A stretch of 63,877 nt of DNA, filler included. It is 6 parts of 6 records of this genome, joined end to end, with 100 filler letters (N's around TTAATTAATTAA, not from the genome) between each part and the next. Parts side by side here need not be neighbours in the genome. Positions count along the whole stretch, not along the records: positions 17,026 to 39,286 come from SRR22947727_5857; 5 more parts are not named here. The stretch is one strand, 5' to 3'. This document shows positions 20,031-29,290 of this stretch, piece after piece; the first letter of the stretch is position 1; every line of letters starts with the position of its first letter. The notes under the pieces are model-generated. The model did no database searches. It saw only the letters and a program-made list of their open reading frames with translations, and had not been told where the DNA came from. A program made the position numbers and the translations under genes.

Positions 20031-22055
20031 ATGGAGAAGTATAATAAATTTAAAATAGTAATACCATCTTATAATAATCAAGAGTGGATAGAGCCTAACA
20101 TTGCTAGTATTATCAATCAAACATACTCAAACTATGAGGTATTATATATAAACGATGACTCTACTGATAATACTCTACTTACAGTGAAACGAATTATACG
20201 CGAGTATGATTTGAACAATAAATGGACTGTAGTCACAAACGAGATAAACCAAAAACGTGGGTATAATGTTAGTCCATTCAATAAGAATATCATAGAATTT
20301 ATGGACAGTGATGATGATATTTTAGTGTTTGTAGATGGTGATGATTGGTTGGTTGATGATAAGGTTTTAGAAAACTTAAACAACTATTACAATAAACACC
20401 AATCTTGGATGACTTATGGGGGGATGTATTGCTACCCCTCAGGAGATATAGCCAACCCACAAAATACTCCCTATAGTAACGAAGTGCATGCTCATAATTT
20501 ATATAGAAAGGATCATTGGAGAGCTAGTCATCTAAGGTCATTCAAGTGGCATCTGTATAAACAAATTAACGAAAAGGATATGTTGTATAGTAAGACTGGA
20601 AAATATTATTTTCACGCTGAAGATCTAGCTACTTCTTTCCCTTGCTTAGAAATGTGCCCCCAACATAAAATAGGTGTTGTAGATTTTCCAACTTATATGT
20701 TTAACGCTACCCCATCAAATAGAAAACGGGGGGTGCAGAGAGAGGCTGATGCCGGTGAAGCATTAGAGTCTGAGATTAGACATCAAAAACCTTATAAGAC
20801 ATTACACGAACCTCTACAAAGCAAAGACTTATTCAAATGGAATAGATTTGATTTACCAATCAAAACCTTATTTTTGAAGGATTGTAATAGAGGAATTGCT
20901 TTTGGGGAAGAGGTGTACAAAGAACACTTACGTCTATGGAATGATTTTAAGGAGTACAATAACCCAGACAAAAATACTTATAAAAAGTTTCGAGATGATT
21001 TTTTACAAATCGAAAAAGATATACGCAATGGAGAATTTGATTGGGAGAGATCTCCGATTATTGTTGATGGGCAAAACTACTTACTAAATGGATCACACAG
21101 AACAGCCGCAAGCGCATTGGCGAGCACACATGCAGAATTTGAAATTGGCATTGATATGAAAGATGGTCAGAAGGTTTGTGATTATAAGATGTTTAAAGAG
21201 TTGGGATTGAATGAGGATTATATGGATGCAGCCGCTTTGGAGATGGTTCGACATAATAAGAATCTATTGGTGGTGAGTTTATTCCCATCAGCTATTAATA
21301 ATAGACATTTAGTCGATAGTATTTTATTAAAATATTCGAATATCGCATATAAAAAAGATATATTACTTAATTCTAATGGAGCTTTTAATTATACTTTACA
21401 ATTATATAAAGGAGAAGAATGGGCGGGTAGTTGGCATAATAATTTTGGAGGTTTTAGAGATAAAACAAGTTTATGTTTTACTAATAATAATCCTATGACT
21501 GTTTATTTAATAGAATTAAAAGACTTAACTATAGCTAGACAAATTAAAGAAGAAATTCGTCAAATATATAATATAGGTAACCATTCAGTTCATATTAATG
21601 ATACTTATGAAGAAACATTAAGGTTATCTAGATGTTTATTTAATAAAAATAGTGTACATTTTTTAAATAATTCTCAATTAAAAAACTATAGTAGATTTTT
21701 AAATCAATTAAATTATTTTGAACAATATATAATCCAAAATAACTTAGATTTTGAGGATTATTGTATAACAGCAAGTAGTATTTTATCTTTATATGGTTTA
21801 AGAGAAGGTAAAGATTTAGATTATTTACATTTTAATCCTCATATAATACAAGATCACCCTGATATTAATTCACATAATGAATATGGAATAGGGAAATATC
21901 CTAAAGATAAAAATGATATTATATTTAATCCAAATAATCATTTTTATTATGGAAATTTAAAAGTAGCTTCATTAAATATCGTTAAGGAATTAAAAGAAAA
22001 AAGAGGTGAAGAAAAAGATTACACAGATATAAATTTAATAAATTCAATAATATGA
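20031..22055 (+). CDS. Multidomain protein: GT2 glycosyltransferase fused to ParB/Srx-like and nucleotidyltransferase-like regions
   Basis: N-term 'IVIPSYNN...INDDSTD...FVDGDDWL'; middle 'PIIVDGQNYLLNGSHRTAA'; C-term 'ITASSILSLYGLREGKDLDY'. Confidence 0.75.
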   Translation: MEKYNKFKIVIPSYNNQEWIEPNIASIINQTYSNYEVLYINDDSTDNTLLTVKRIIREYDLNNKWTVVTNEINQKRGYNVSPFNKNIIEFMDSDDDILVFVDGDDWLVDDKVLENLNNYYNKHQSWMTYGGMYCYPSGDIANPQNTPYSNEVHAHNLYRKDHWRASHLRSFKWHLYKQINEKDMLYSKTGKYYFHAEDLATSFPCLEMCPQHKIGVVDFPTYMFNATPSNRKRGVQREADAGEALESEIRHQKPYKTLHEPLQSKDLFKWNRFDLPIKTLFLKDCNRGIAFGEEVYKEHLRLWNDFKEYNNPDKNTYKKFRDDFLQIEKDIRNGEFDWERSPIIVDGQNYLLNGSHRTAASALASTHAEFEIGIDMKDGQKVCDYKMFKELGLNEDYMDAAALEMVRHNKNLLVVSLFPSAINNRHLVDSILLKYSNIAYKKDILLNSNGAFNYTLQLYKGEEWAGSWHNNFGGFRDKTSLCFTNNNPMTVYLIELKDLTIARQIKEEIRQIYNIGNHSVHINDTYEETLRLSRCLFNKNSVHFLNNSQLKNYSRFLNQLNYFEQYIIQNNLDFEDYCITASSILSLYGLREGKDLDYLHFNPHIIQDHPDINSHNEYGIGKYPKDKNDIIFNPNNHFYYGNLKVASLNIVKELKEKRGEEKDYTDINLINSII

Positions 22056-22741
22056 AAAATATAGCTATTTTAGCAGCAGGACCTCCTAAACCTAACCATG
22101 TAAACCCAGGATCCCCTAGGAATAGACATTTAGAAAAAATTAACAATATGGTTGTAATTGATCATGTTATAAGTAATTCTAGAATTCCTAATACTAAATT
22201 ATATGTTGTAATTGATTCAAAAAATATAGATTTAATTAATCATGTTGGAAAACAAAGAGATGTTACAATTTTATTTCCTAAAGATGGAAAAATATATAGT
22301 ACATTAGAAGTAGCATTAGAACCTATAGGTGATACAATATTAGTTATGGGTGATTTAATTAACCTAAAAGAAGGAGATATTCAAAAATTTATTGATTCTC
22401 CTTACAAATCTGCAACGTGTATGTACGAACAACCATGGGGGCATCATGTACCATCAAATGTACCTACTCTTATTAGAAGAGGAGATTGTGGGGATTGTAT
22501 TTCTAAAATTGCTCAGGAACATAAAGAAGAGTATTTAAGTTCTGATTTACAATCAATGTGTCATTGGTTTTGGAAACAATTTCACCCCCACTCACAAATG
22601 GATGAATATATACAAAATGACATAGGAACTTTTACATCTTTTACTTTTTTTAAAGAAATATGGTCAAATCCAGAGTGTAATGAATTTGGAGATAAAGGAG
22701 TTATAAAATTTAACCATCAAGTATACTTAGATAATGACTAA
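22052..22741 (+). CDS. NTP-transferase-like protein (possible phosphonate/phosphocholine cytidylyltransferase)
   Basis: N-terminal 'IAILAAG' and 'ILVMGDL' motifs of the NTP_transferase fold; directly upstream of pepM. Confidence 0.55.
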   Translation: MKNIAILAAGPPKPNHVNPGSPRNRHLEKINNMVVIDHVISNSRIPNTKLYVVIDSKNIDLINHVGKQRDVTILFPKDGKIYSTLEVALEPIGDTILVMGDLINLKEGDIQKFIDSPYKSATCMYEQPWGHHVPSNVPTLIRRGDCGDCISKIAQEHKEEYLSSDLQSMCHWFWKQFHPHSQMDEYIQNDIGTFTSFTFFKEIWSNPECNEFGDKGVIKFNHQVYLDND

Positions 22742-22793
22742 TTTATTTAGTTAATTAAAAAAATTTTTACACATTTTAAAAAAATACCTTAAT

Positions 22794-23663
22794 ATGAAAA
22801 CAATTAAACAATTATTAAATGACAATTCAAAAATCCATACAGTTATTGGTGCAAATAACGCATTAATTGCTGAAATAGCTTATAGAGAAGGTTATGATGG
22901 TGTATGGGTATCTAGTTTTGAATCACATGCATGGAATTTACTTCCTGATGCTAATATACTTAATACTACTGATTATTTTGATACTATTAGTAAAATTAGT
23001 GATAGAATTGATATACCTATTCTAGTTGATGCTGATGAAGGGGGACCAAGTTCTATAAATACAATTAGAATGGTTAGAGAATATGAAAAAGCAGGAGCAT
23101 CTGCAATGTGTTTTGAAGATAATCCCTCTCCTAAACGTTGTTCTTTTTATGGGATGAAACAAAGTTTAGAAATTCCTGAACTTATGTGCGGAAAAATTAG
23201 AGCTGCAGTTGAAAAAAGATTAAATAAAGATTTTGCAATTATTACAAGAACCGAAGCTTTAATTCAAGGACATGGTCAAGATGTTGCAATGGAAAGAGCT
23301 AGAATGTATAACGATTCGGGTTGTGATGCTTTCTTGATCCATAGTAAAAGTAAAACACCTGATGAAGTCTTAAAGTTTGCAGATGCATATCATAAAGCTG
23401 GATTGAGAGCACCTTTAGTGTGTGTACCAACTACTTATAACACAGTAAGTAACGATACACTATTTGATGCTGGGATTAGTTTAGCTATATATGCTAATTA
23501 TTCTGTAAGAGCTTCAGTTAAGGCCATTACTGATATATTTAAGAAAATGAAAAAAGGTGGATCCTTATCTGCAGCTAATGATGACATTGTATCAATGGAA
23601 ACTATTTTTGATTTAATTAGAGTTGATCAAATGAAAAAAAATCAAGAGAGATATGGTTCATAA
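22794..23663 (+). CDS. pepM: Phosphoenolpyruvate mutase-like (ICL/PEPM superfamily)
   Basis: 'GYDGVWVSSF', 'LPDAN', 'PILVDADEG', 'FEDNPSPKRCSFY', 'RTEALIQG', 'LIHSKSKTPDE', 'PLVCVPTTY', 'IYAN'; adjacent to ppd and AEP transaminase. Confidence 0.85.
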   Translation: MKTIKQLLNDNSKIHTVIGANNALIAEIAYREGYDGVWVSSFESHAWNLLPDANILNTTDYFDTISKISDRIDIPILVDADEGGPSSINTIRMVREYEKAGASAMCFEDNPSPKRCSFYGMKQSLEIPELMCGKIRAAVEKRLNKDFAIITRTEALIQGHGQDVAMERARMYNDSGCDAFLIHSKSKTPDEVLKFADAYHKAGLRAPLVCVPTTYNTVSNDTLFDAGISLAIYANYSVRASVKAITDIFKKMKKGGSLSAANDDIVSMETIFDLIRVDQMKKNQERYGS

Positions 23664-24051
23664 TTTGTATAAGAAACTTATTACTGAAGGATATAACTTC
23701 TTTACGGGGGTACCCGATAGTGCACTTAAGCCATTCCAAAACTCAATAATACAAAACCATACAGAGGATCATATAATTGCAACAAACGAAGGTCAAGCAA
23801 TTGGGATAGCAGTAGGTGCTGAGTTAGCAGGTAAGAAGGCTTGTGTATATTTACAAAACTCTGGATTAGGAAACACAATCAATCCTCTGACTAGTTTATG
23901 TATTCCCCATGACATTAAACCTTTATTAGTAATAGGACACAGGCACACTTTACCACAACATAAAGTTATGGGTGAAGTTGATGAGGATATGTTGAAGTTG
24001 ATAGGATATGATAATTATATAATAGTAAAGGGTGAAAATAATGTTAAGTAG
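23653..24051 (+). CDS. Phosphonopyruvate decarboxylase, N-terminal (alpha) subunit
   Basis: 'FFTGVPDS', 'ATNEGQAIGIAVG', 'VYLQNSGLGNTINPLTSL', 'PQHKVMG'. Confidence 0.88.
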   Translation: MVHNLYKKLITEGYNFFTGVPDSALKPFQNSIIQNHTEDHIIATNEGQAIGIAVGAELAGKKACVYLQNSGLGNTINPLTSLCIPHDIKPLLVIGHRHTLPQHKVMGEVDEDMLKLIGYDNYIIVKGENNVK

Positions 24052-24505
24052 AAGTCAGGCAATTCAAAATATATTTAAACAACATGGCGAACAAGCCATA
24101 TACATATCTAACACAGGATACTTATCAAGAGCTGTACATAGTGAATTTCCGGATGCTCATAATATTTTCTACATGCAGGGAAGTATGGGTCTTGCTCCAT
24201 GTATTGGGTTAGGGTTAGCAAAAAACACCGATAAAGATGTTGTAGTATTGAGTGGAGATGGTGCTTTGTTGATGCATTACGGTATTGTGTTTAACATAGA
24301 TGAGGCTAATTTAAAAAACCTGCATGTGTATGTTTTAGATAACGGATGTCACGAATCAGTAGGCTCATATAAATGTTCAAAATTGCCTACTAATATTTCA
24401 GGTATTAATAAAATTATAAAAATAAGTTGTGATGGTAAGGTAGATAGAGTTAAATGGGGTTGTCAAGAAAACACAAATAATATAAAAAAATTTATAAATG
24501 AGTAA
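24041..24505 (+). CDS. Phosphonopyruvate decarboxylase, C-terminal TPP-binding (beta) subunit
   Basis: 'TGYLSR', 'FYMQGSMG', 'GDGALLMH', 'LDNGCHESVG'. Confidence 0.88.
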   Translation: MLSRSQAIQNIFKQHGEQAIYISNTGYLSRAVHSEFPDAHNIFYMQGSMGLAPCIGLGLAKNTDKDVVVLSGDGALLMHYGIVFNIDEANLKNLHVYVLDNGCHESVGSYKCSKLPTNISGINKIIKISCDGKVDRVKWGCQENTNNIKKFINE

Positions 24506-25490
24506 TATACTTCTTAATCCAGGTCCTACTAATACAAGATTTTTAACTAAAATAGCTCAATGGTTTGGTTCAGATGTATGTCACAGAACTCCAGAATTTA
24601 GTAAAATATTACAAGAAACTAAAGAAATGTTATTAGTAGAATTTCCCTCTAAATATGCTGCTATTATGGGGGGGAGTGGTACAGCAGCAATGGAATCTAT
24701 GATATCATCTCTTATAAAAAAAGATATTGTAGTAATAAATGCTGGTATATATGGGCAACGTGCTGTTGATATGATGAAAAACTATAAAATAAAATATAAA
24801 GAAATTATATGTAAAAATATAACAGATTTAAAACGTGGTGATAAAAATATCAAAGCAATTTATTTTGTAGAAAACGAAACAACAACTGGAGAACATTTTG
24901 ATGTAAATAAAATGGCGTCTTTATATCCTAATGCAAAGTTATATATTGATTCAACCTCATCTTTTGGTGCTTCAGATTATTCAAAAGTATATCATAGAAT
25001 AGAAGCTTTATGTTTTTGTAGTAATAAATGTTTACAATCAACACCAGGTTTAGGTATAGTTCTTTTTAATAAAAAATGTATAATTAAAGATCGATCATAT
25101 TATTTAAATCTAAATAAATATACTAGTACAGACAAAATACCGTTTACTTTACCTGTTCAGTCAGTTTATGCTTTACATAAAACTCTAAAATTAATAAATT
25201 ATTCTAATCAACACATAACTTTCAATCAAAGAAGAGATAAATTAATTAAAACATTAGAAGCGTTAGGAATTCGTTGTATAAACCAAAACCCTAGCAATTC
25301 TATCATAGGATTTCAACATCCTACTTTAAGTTATGAAAAGCTAAGAGATCATCTATCAAAAAAGGGAATCATAATATATTCAGGTATACCTGGAATTAAT
25401 AATAGTTTTCGATTATCAACTATGAGTGTGTTGTTTGATAAAAAGTTTAACCTTATAAAAAAAATACTCCATGACACGTGTGTATGTTGA
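24498..25490 (+). CDS. 2-aminoethylphosphonate:pyruvate transaminase (PhnW/AepZ-like, class V)
   Basis: 'LLNPGPTN', 'DVCHR', 'GSGTAAMES', 'ENETTTG', 'DSTSSFG', 'SNKCLQSTPGL'. Confidence 0.88.
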   Translation: MSNILLNPGPTNTRFLTKIAQWFGSDVCHRTPEFSKILQETKEMLLVEFPSKYAAIMGGSGTAAMESMISSLIKKDIVVINAGIYGQRAVDMMKNYKIKYKEIICKNITDLKRGDKNIKAIYFVENETTTGEHFDVNKMASLYPNAKLYIDSTSSFGASDYSKVYHRIEALCFCSNKCLQSTPGLGIVLFNKKCIIKDRSYYLNLNKYTSTDKIPFTLPVQSVYALHKTLKLINYSNQHITFNQRRDKLIKTLEALGIRCINQNPSNSIIGFQHPTLSYEKLRDHLSKKGIIIYSGIPGINNSFRLSTMSVLFDKKFNLIKKILHDTCVC

Positions 25491-25875
25491 TATGGTTGGT
25501 GATTTATTTCATGTTGGACATCTTAACATGTTTAAACAAGCTAGAACCTATGGTGATTATTTAATTGTAGGTATTCATTCTGATAAAACAGTTGAATCCT
25601 ATAAGAGAACACCTATAATTAAACAAGAAGACAGATACCAAATAATAGCAAATTGTAAATTAGTAGATCAGGTAATTGAAAATGCCCCATTAAAAGTTAC
25701 TAAGGATTTTATACTTAGTAATAATATTCATTATGTTGTTCATGGTGATGATTTAAATACTAAATCAACAGAAATGATGTACAGTATACCTATAAAATTA
25801 GGTATTATGAAAACAACCCACTACACTAAAGGAATATCAACTTCAGAAATTATAAATAAAATTAAACAAATATGA
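25471..25875 (+). CDS. HxGH cytidylyltransferase (glycerol-3-P / phosphoethanolamine type; probable AEP activation)
   Basis: 'DMVGDLFHVGH', 'VGIHSD', 'VVHGDD', 'YTKGISTS'. Confidence 0.88.
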   Translation: MTRVYVDMVGDLFHVGHLNMFKQARTYGDYLIVGIHSDKTVESYKRTPIIKQEDRYQIIANCKLVDQVIENAPLKVTKDFILSNNIHYVVHGDDLNTKSTEMMYSIPIKLGIMKTTHYTKGISTSEIINKIKQI

Positions 25876-26585
25876 AATCAGTATTAGACGTTCCTTTTTA
25901 TATATCTACAAACAATAAACATCTCCATGTATTACAAGTATTTATTGATCTGTTTAACAAACATTTAACATCTCAACAAGAACTACATATTTTAGGGTAT
26001 GACCACCCTAAATATACATTACCAGCCAATTGCAAATTTATTTCTATGGGAAAGCAAGGATCAGTCAATGAGTGGTCAACAGATTTGCGTAAGTTTTTTT
26101 TGAGTTGTAACGATCCTTTTTTTATATATGGTACTGAAGATGCTTTTATTTATGAGGATGTTAATGTTAAGTTTATTAATCGTCTAGTTGATTTCGCTAA
26201 AACAAATAAGGGTGTGGGTCGTGTTGATTTAAGAGATGCACCATTACACCATTATAAAACATCTCTTGAAGAAAGTTATGTTAATAGTTGGGGGAGTTGG
26301 GATTTATTAAAACTTAATAAACCCGAAAGTGATTGTGCTATAACATGCCAGTTTTCTGTGTGGAATAAACAATATTTTATGAGGTACTTACAAGATGGTT
26401 TATCTCCTTGGGCATTTGAAGGCACTGCTAGGCAAGCTCGTTATGATAAGAATTTTGATGTATATTTAGTAGATAAAACATATCCTATAAGAATTGCTGA
26501 AGGATATACTCAAGGTATATGGACTGAAAAAGATAAATGGTATCATTTATTAGATGATAAAATAAAAAAACAAGTATTTAATTAA
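25872..26585 (+). CDS. Hypothetical protein, glycosyltransferase-like
   Basis: 'IYGTEDAF', 'QFSVWNK', 'SPWAFE' pattern of polysaccharide-cluster proteins. Confidence 0.5.
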   Translation: MKSVLDVPFYISTNNKHLHVLQVFIDLFNKHLTSQQELHILGYDHPKYTLPANCKFISMGKQGSVNEWSTDLRKFFLSCNDPFFIYGTEDAFIYEDVNVKFINRLVDFAKTNKGVGRVDLRDAPLHHYKTSLEESYVNSWGSWDLLKLNKPESDCAITCQFSVWNKQYFMRYLQDGLSPWAFEGTARQARYDKNFDVYLVDKTYPIRIAEGYTQGIWTEKDKWYHLLDDKIKKQVFN

Positions 26586-26589
26586 AATC

Positions 26590-27006
26590 ATGGAAAAAAT
26601 TTATTCAAAAGTAGAACCTGGTAAGCTACTACATATAATTAATAGATTATCTGAAATAGAAGAAAGAAAAGAAATAGTGCCTAAAGATAATTTTATTCAA
26701 TGTGCTACCCTTAAAATGAAAAAAAATAAAACATTTTTACCCCATAAACACATTGAAAAAGATAGACATTATTCTAAACAAATAGCCCAAGAATCATGGG
26801 TAATAATACAAGGTAGTGTCAAATGTACACTTTATGATATTGATGATACTATAATAGCCGAACCTATATTACAACCAGGAGATGCAAGTTTTACTTTATA
26901 TGGTGGTCATACATACATTATATTAGAAGATAATACTTTAGTGTATGAATATAAAACAGGCCCTTATGAAGGTCAAAAATTAGATAAAACTTTTATAAAT
27001 AGTTAA
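26590..27006 (+). CDS. WbuC-like cupin-fold protein
   Basis: 'PHKH', 'QESW', 'GGHTY', 'EYKTGPY'. Confidence 0.75.
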   Translation: MEKIYSKVEPGKLLHIINRLSEIEERKEIVPKDNFIQCATLKMKKNKTFLPHKHIEKDRHYSKQIAQESWVIIQGSVKCTLYDIDDTIIAEPILQPGDASFTLYGGHTYIILEDNTLVYEYKTGPYEGQKLDKTFINS

Positions 27007-27018
27007 AATAAATACATT

Positions 27019-27699
27019 ATGGATAAAGATATAGATAAAAATTATTTTAAAAATAAATTAAAAAAAGATGACCCTATTATATTTGATGTGGGAACATTTG
27101 ATGGAAACGATTGTTTAGAATTTTTAAAAATTTTTGATACTCCTACAATTTATGCGTTTGAAGGGGATGATAGATCAATTAATACTTTTAAAAAATATAT
27201 AAAAGATTCCCCTATTAATTTGGTTGAAACCCTTCTATCAAATGTAGATGGGTTTATTGATTTTTATAAAAGTGAGAGTGATGTAAGGAGACATGATAGA
27301 TATGATTTTGAAGAAACGTGTTGGTCTGCATCTAGTTCAACAAAAAAACCTAAAAACCATTTAACTGTATTTCCCGATATTAATTTCCCCGAACCTGTAA
27401 AAACTAAATCTCAACGTTTAGACACATGGATAAAGAATAAAAATATAAAACTAATTGATATTATGTGGGTAGATGTTAATGGGGGTGAAGAAGGATTTTT
27501 AGAAGGTGGAATAAATACCATTAATAATAAAGTAAAGTATCTATATATAGAATTTAATGGTGTAGAAGATCAAAAATTATATGAAGGATGTTTTACTAAA
27601 GGTGATATATTATCTAAATTACCTAATTTTAATGAATTAGGAGTTTTTAATTTTATGGGGAATTTTGGCAATGTATTATTAGAAAATAAAACAATATAA
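27019..27699 (+). CDS. FkbM family methyltransferase (NoeI-like sugar O-methyltransferase)
   Basis: 'IFDVGTFDG', 'YAFE', 'RLDTW', 'IDIMWVDVNGGE'. Confidence 0.85.
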   Translation: MDKDIDKNYFKNKLKKDDPIIFDVGTFDGNDCLEFLKIFDTPTIYAFEGDDRSINTFKKYIKDSPINLVETLLSNVDGFIDFYKSESDVRRHDRYDFEETCWSASSSTKKPKNHLTVFPDINFPEPVKTKSQRLDTWIKNKNIKLIDIMWVDVNGGEEGFLEGGINTINNKVKYLYIEFNGVEDQKLYEGCFTKGDILSKLPNFNELGVFNFMGNFGNVLLENKTI

Positions 27700-28295
27700 T
27701 GAGTTTTAAAATAGTAAATAAATTTGAAAATAAAATAGCTAAATTTTTTGGTTCCCCATATGCAGTTGCAGTAGATTGTTGTACTCATGGTGTTGAATTA
27801 TGTTTAAGGTATAAAAAAATAAAAATTATTCAAGTTCCTAAACATACTTATATTTCAATACCATTTTTAGCTAAGAAGTTAGGAATTGGTTTAGAGTGGA
27901 AAGATGAAGATTGGCAAGATTATTATTATTTAACCCCTAATATTATCGATGCTGCGGTTTTATGGAAATCTGATAGTTATATCCCAAATACTTTTATGAA
28001 CATCTCATTTCAGTTTAGAAAACATTTGGCTTTAGGTAGAGGAGGTTGTATATTAACGGATAATAAAGAAGCAGCATTAAAATTGAAGAAGATGAGCTAT
28101 GATGGTAGGTTACCTGATATTCCCTGGAGAGAACAAGATATAGAAACTATGGGTTATCATTATTATATGACCCCAGAAACTGCTAATTTAGGAATAGAAA
28201 AATTGCCAGATGCCATAAAAATTAAACCCAAACAATGGACTATTAATGATTGGCCTAATGTATCAAAAATGAAAGTATTTAATAAATTAATATGA
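27699..28295 (+). CDS. Short DegT/DnrJ family aminotransferase
   Basis: 'FENKIAKFFGSPYAVAVDCCT', 'IDAA', 'SFQFRKHLALGRGG' (PLP Lys present); only 198 aa. Confidence 0.78.
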   Translation: MSFKIVNKFENKIAKFFGSPYAVAVDCCTHGVELCLRYKKIKIIQVPKHTYISIPFLAKKLGIGLEWKDEDWQDYYYLTPNIIDAAVLWKSDSYIPNTFMNISFQFRKHLALGRGGCILTDNKEAALKLKKMSYDGRLPDIPWREQDIETMGYHYYMTPETANLGIEKLPDAIKIKPKQWTINDWPNVSKMKVFNKLI

Positions 28296-29284
28296 AAAAG
28301 ATAGCATTTATAACAGGTATTGGAGGTCAAGATGGTAGTTATCTTGCAGAATATTTAGTTGAATTAGGATATGAAGTTCATGGTATTATTAGAAGACATT
28401 CAACTGCTGAAACTCAAGAAAATAGAATAGATCATTTAATTAATAATGGTAAAGTTACTACATATTATGGAGATTTATTAGATCAAGGAGGTATAGAAAG
28501 ACTTCTAGATAAAATACAACCTGATGAAATATATAACATAGCAGCTCAATCTCATGTAAGGATTAGTTTTGATATCCCACAATTTACAGTTCAAACAAAT
28601 GCATTAGGAGTTTTAAATATGTTAGAAGCTTATAGACGTTCATGCCCCAATGCAAAATTTTACCAAGCATCATCTTCAGAAATGTTCGGGTTATCTGTTG
28701 AAGATGATAATTTTCAAAGAGAAACCACTACAATGAATCCAGTATCACCTTATGGGTGCTCTAAAGTATTTGGTTATAATATTGTAAGAAATTATAGACG
28801 TGCCTATGGTTTACATGCCACTAATGGTATATTATTTAATCACGAATCACCAAGAAGAGGATCTAATTTTGTAACTAATAAAGTTGTCAAAGCTGCAGTA
28901 AGAATTAAATTAGGTTTACAAGATAAATTAGAATTAGGTAATATGGATTCTTATAGAGATTGGGGTCATTCATATGATTATGTAAGAGCAATGCATTTAA
29001 TGGTGCAACATGATAATCCAGGTGATTGGGTAGTATCAACAATGGAAACTCACTCAGTAAGAGAAATGTGTGAATTAGTATTTAATCATTTAGATTTAGA
29101 TTATAAAGATTATGTAGTACAAAATCCTAAGTATTTACGACCAGAAGAATTGCCTTATTTAAGAGGGGATTCAACTAAAATTAGAACTGAGTTAGGTTGG
29201 AAACCAACTTATACATTTAAAAGAATGATGGAAGAAATGGTTGATCATTGGTATATTACTACTAAACAAATTATTAATAAATAA
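28292..29284 (+). CDS. gmd: GDP-mannose 4,6-dehydratase
   Basis: 'ITGIGGQDGSYL', 'AAQSHV', 'YQASSSE', 'SPYGCSK', 'FNHESPRRG', 'RDWG'. Confidence 0.95.
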   Translation: MKKIAFITGIGGQDGSYLAEYLVELGYEVHGIIRRHSTAETQENRIDHLINNGKVTTYYGDLLDQGGIERLLDKIQPDEIYNIAAQSHVRISFDIPQFTVQTNALGVLNMLEAYRRSCPNAKFYQASSSEMFGLSVEDDNFQRETTTMNPVSPYGCSKVFGYNIVRNYRRAYGLHATNGILFNHESPRRGSNFVTNKVVKAAVRIKLGLQDKLELGNMDSYRDWGHSYDYVRAMHLMVQHDNPGDWVVSTMETHSVREMCELVFNHLDLDYKDYVVQNPKYLRPEELPYLRGDSTKIRTELGWKPTYTFKRMMEEMVDHWYITTKQIINK

Positions 29285-29290
29285 AACTAA

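Noticed and set aside
23653-24505. Sulfopyruvate decarboxylase ComD/ComE
   Set aside because: The split architecture is similar, but the flanking pepM-like and AEP transaminase genes favour phosphonopyruvate decarboxylase. Not formally excluded.
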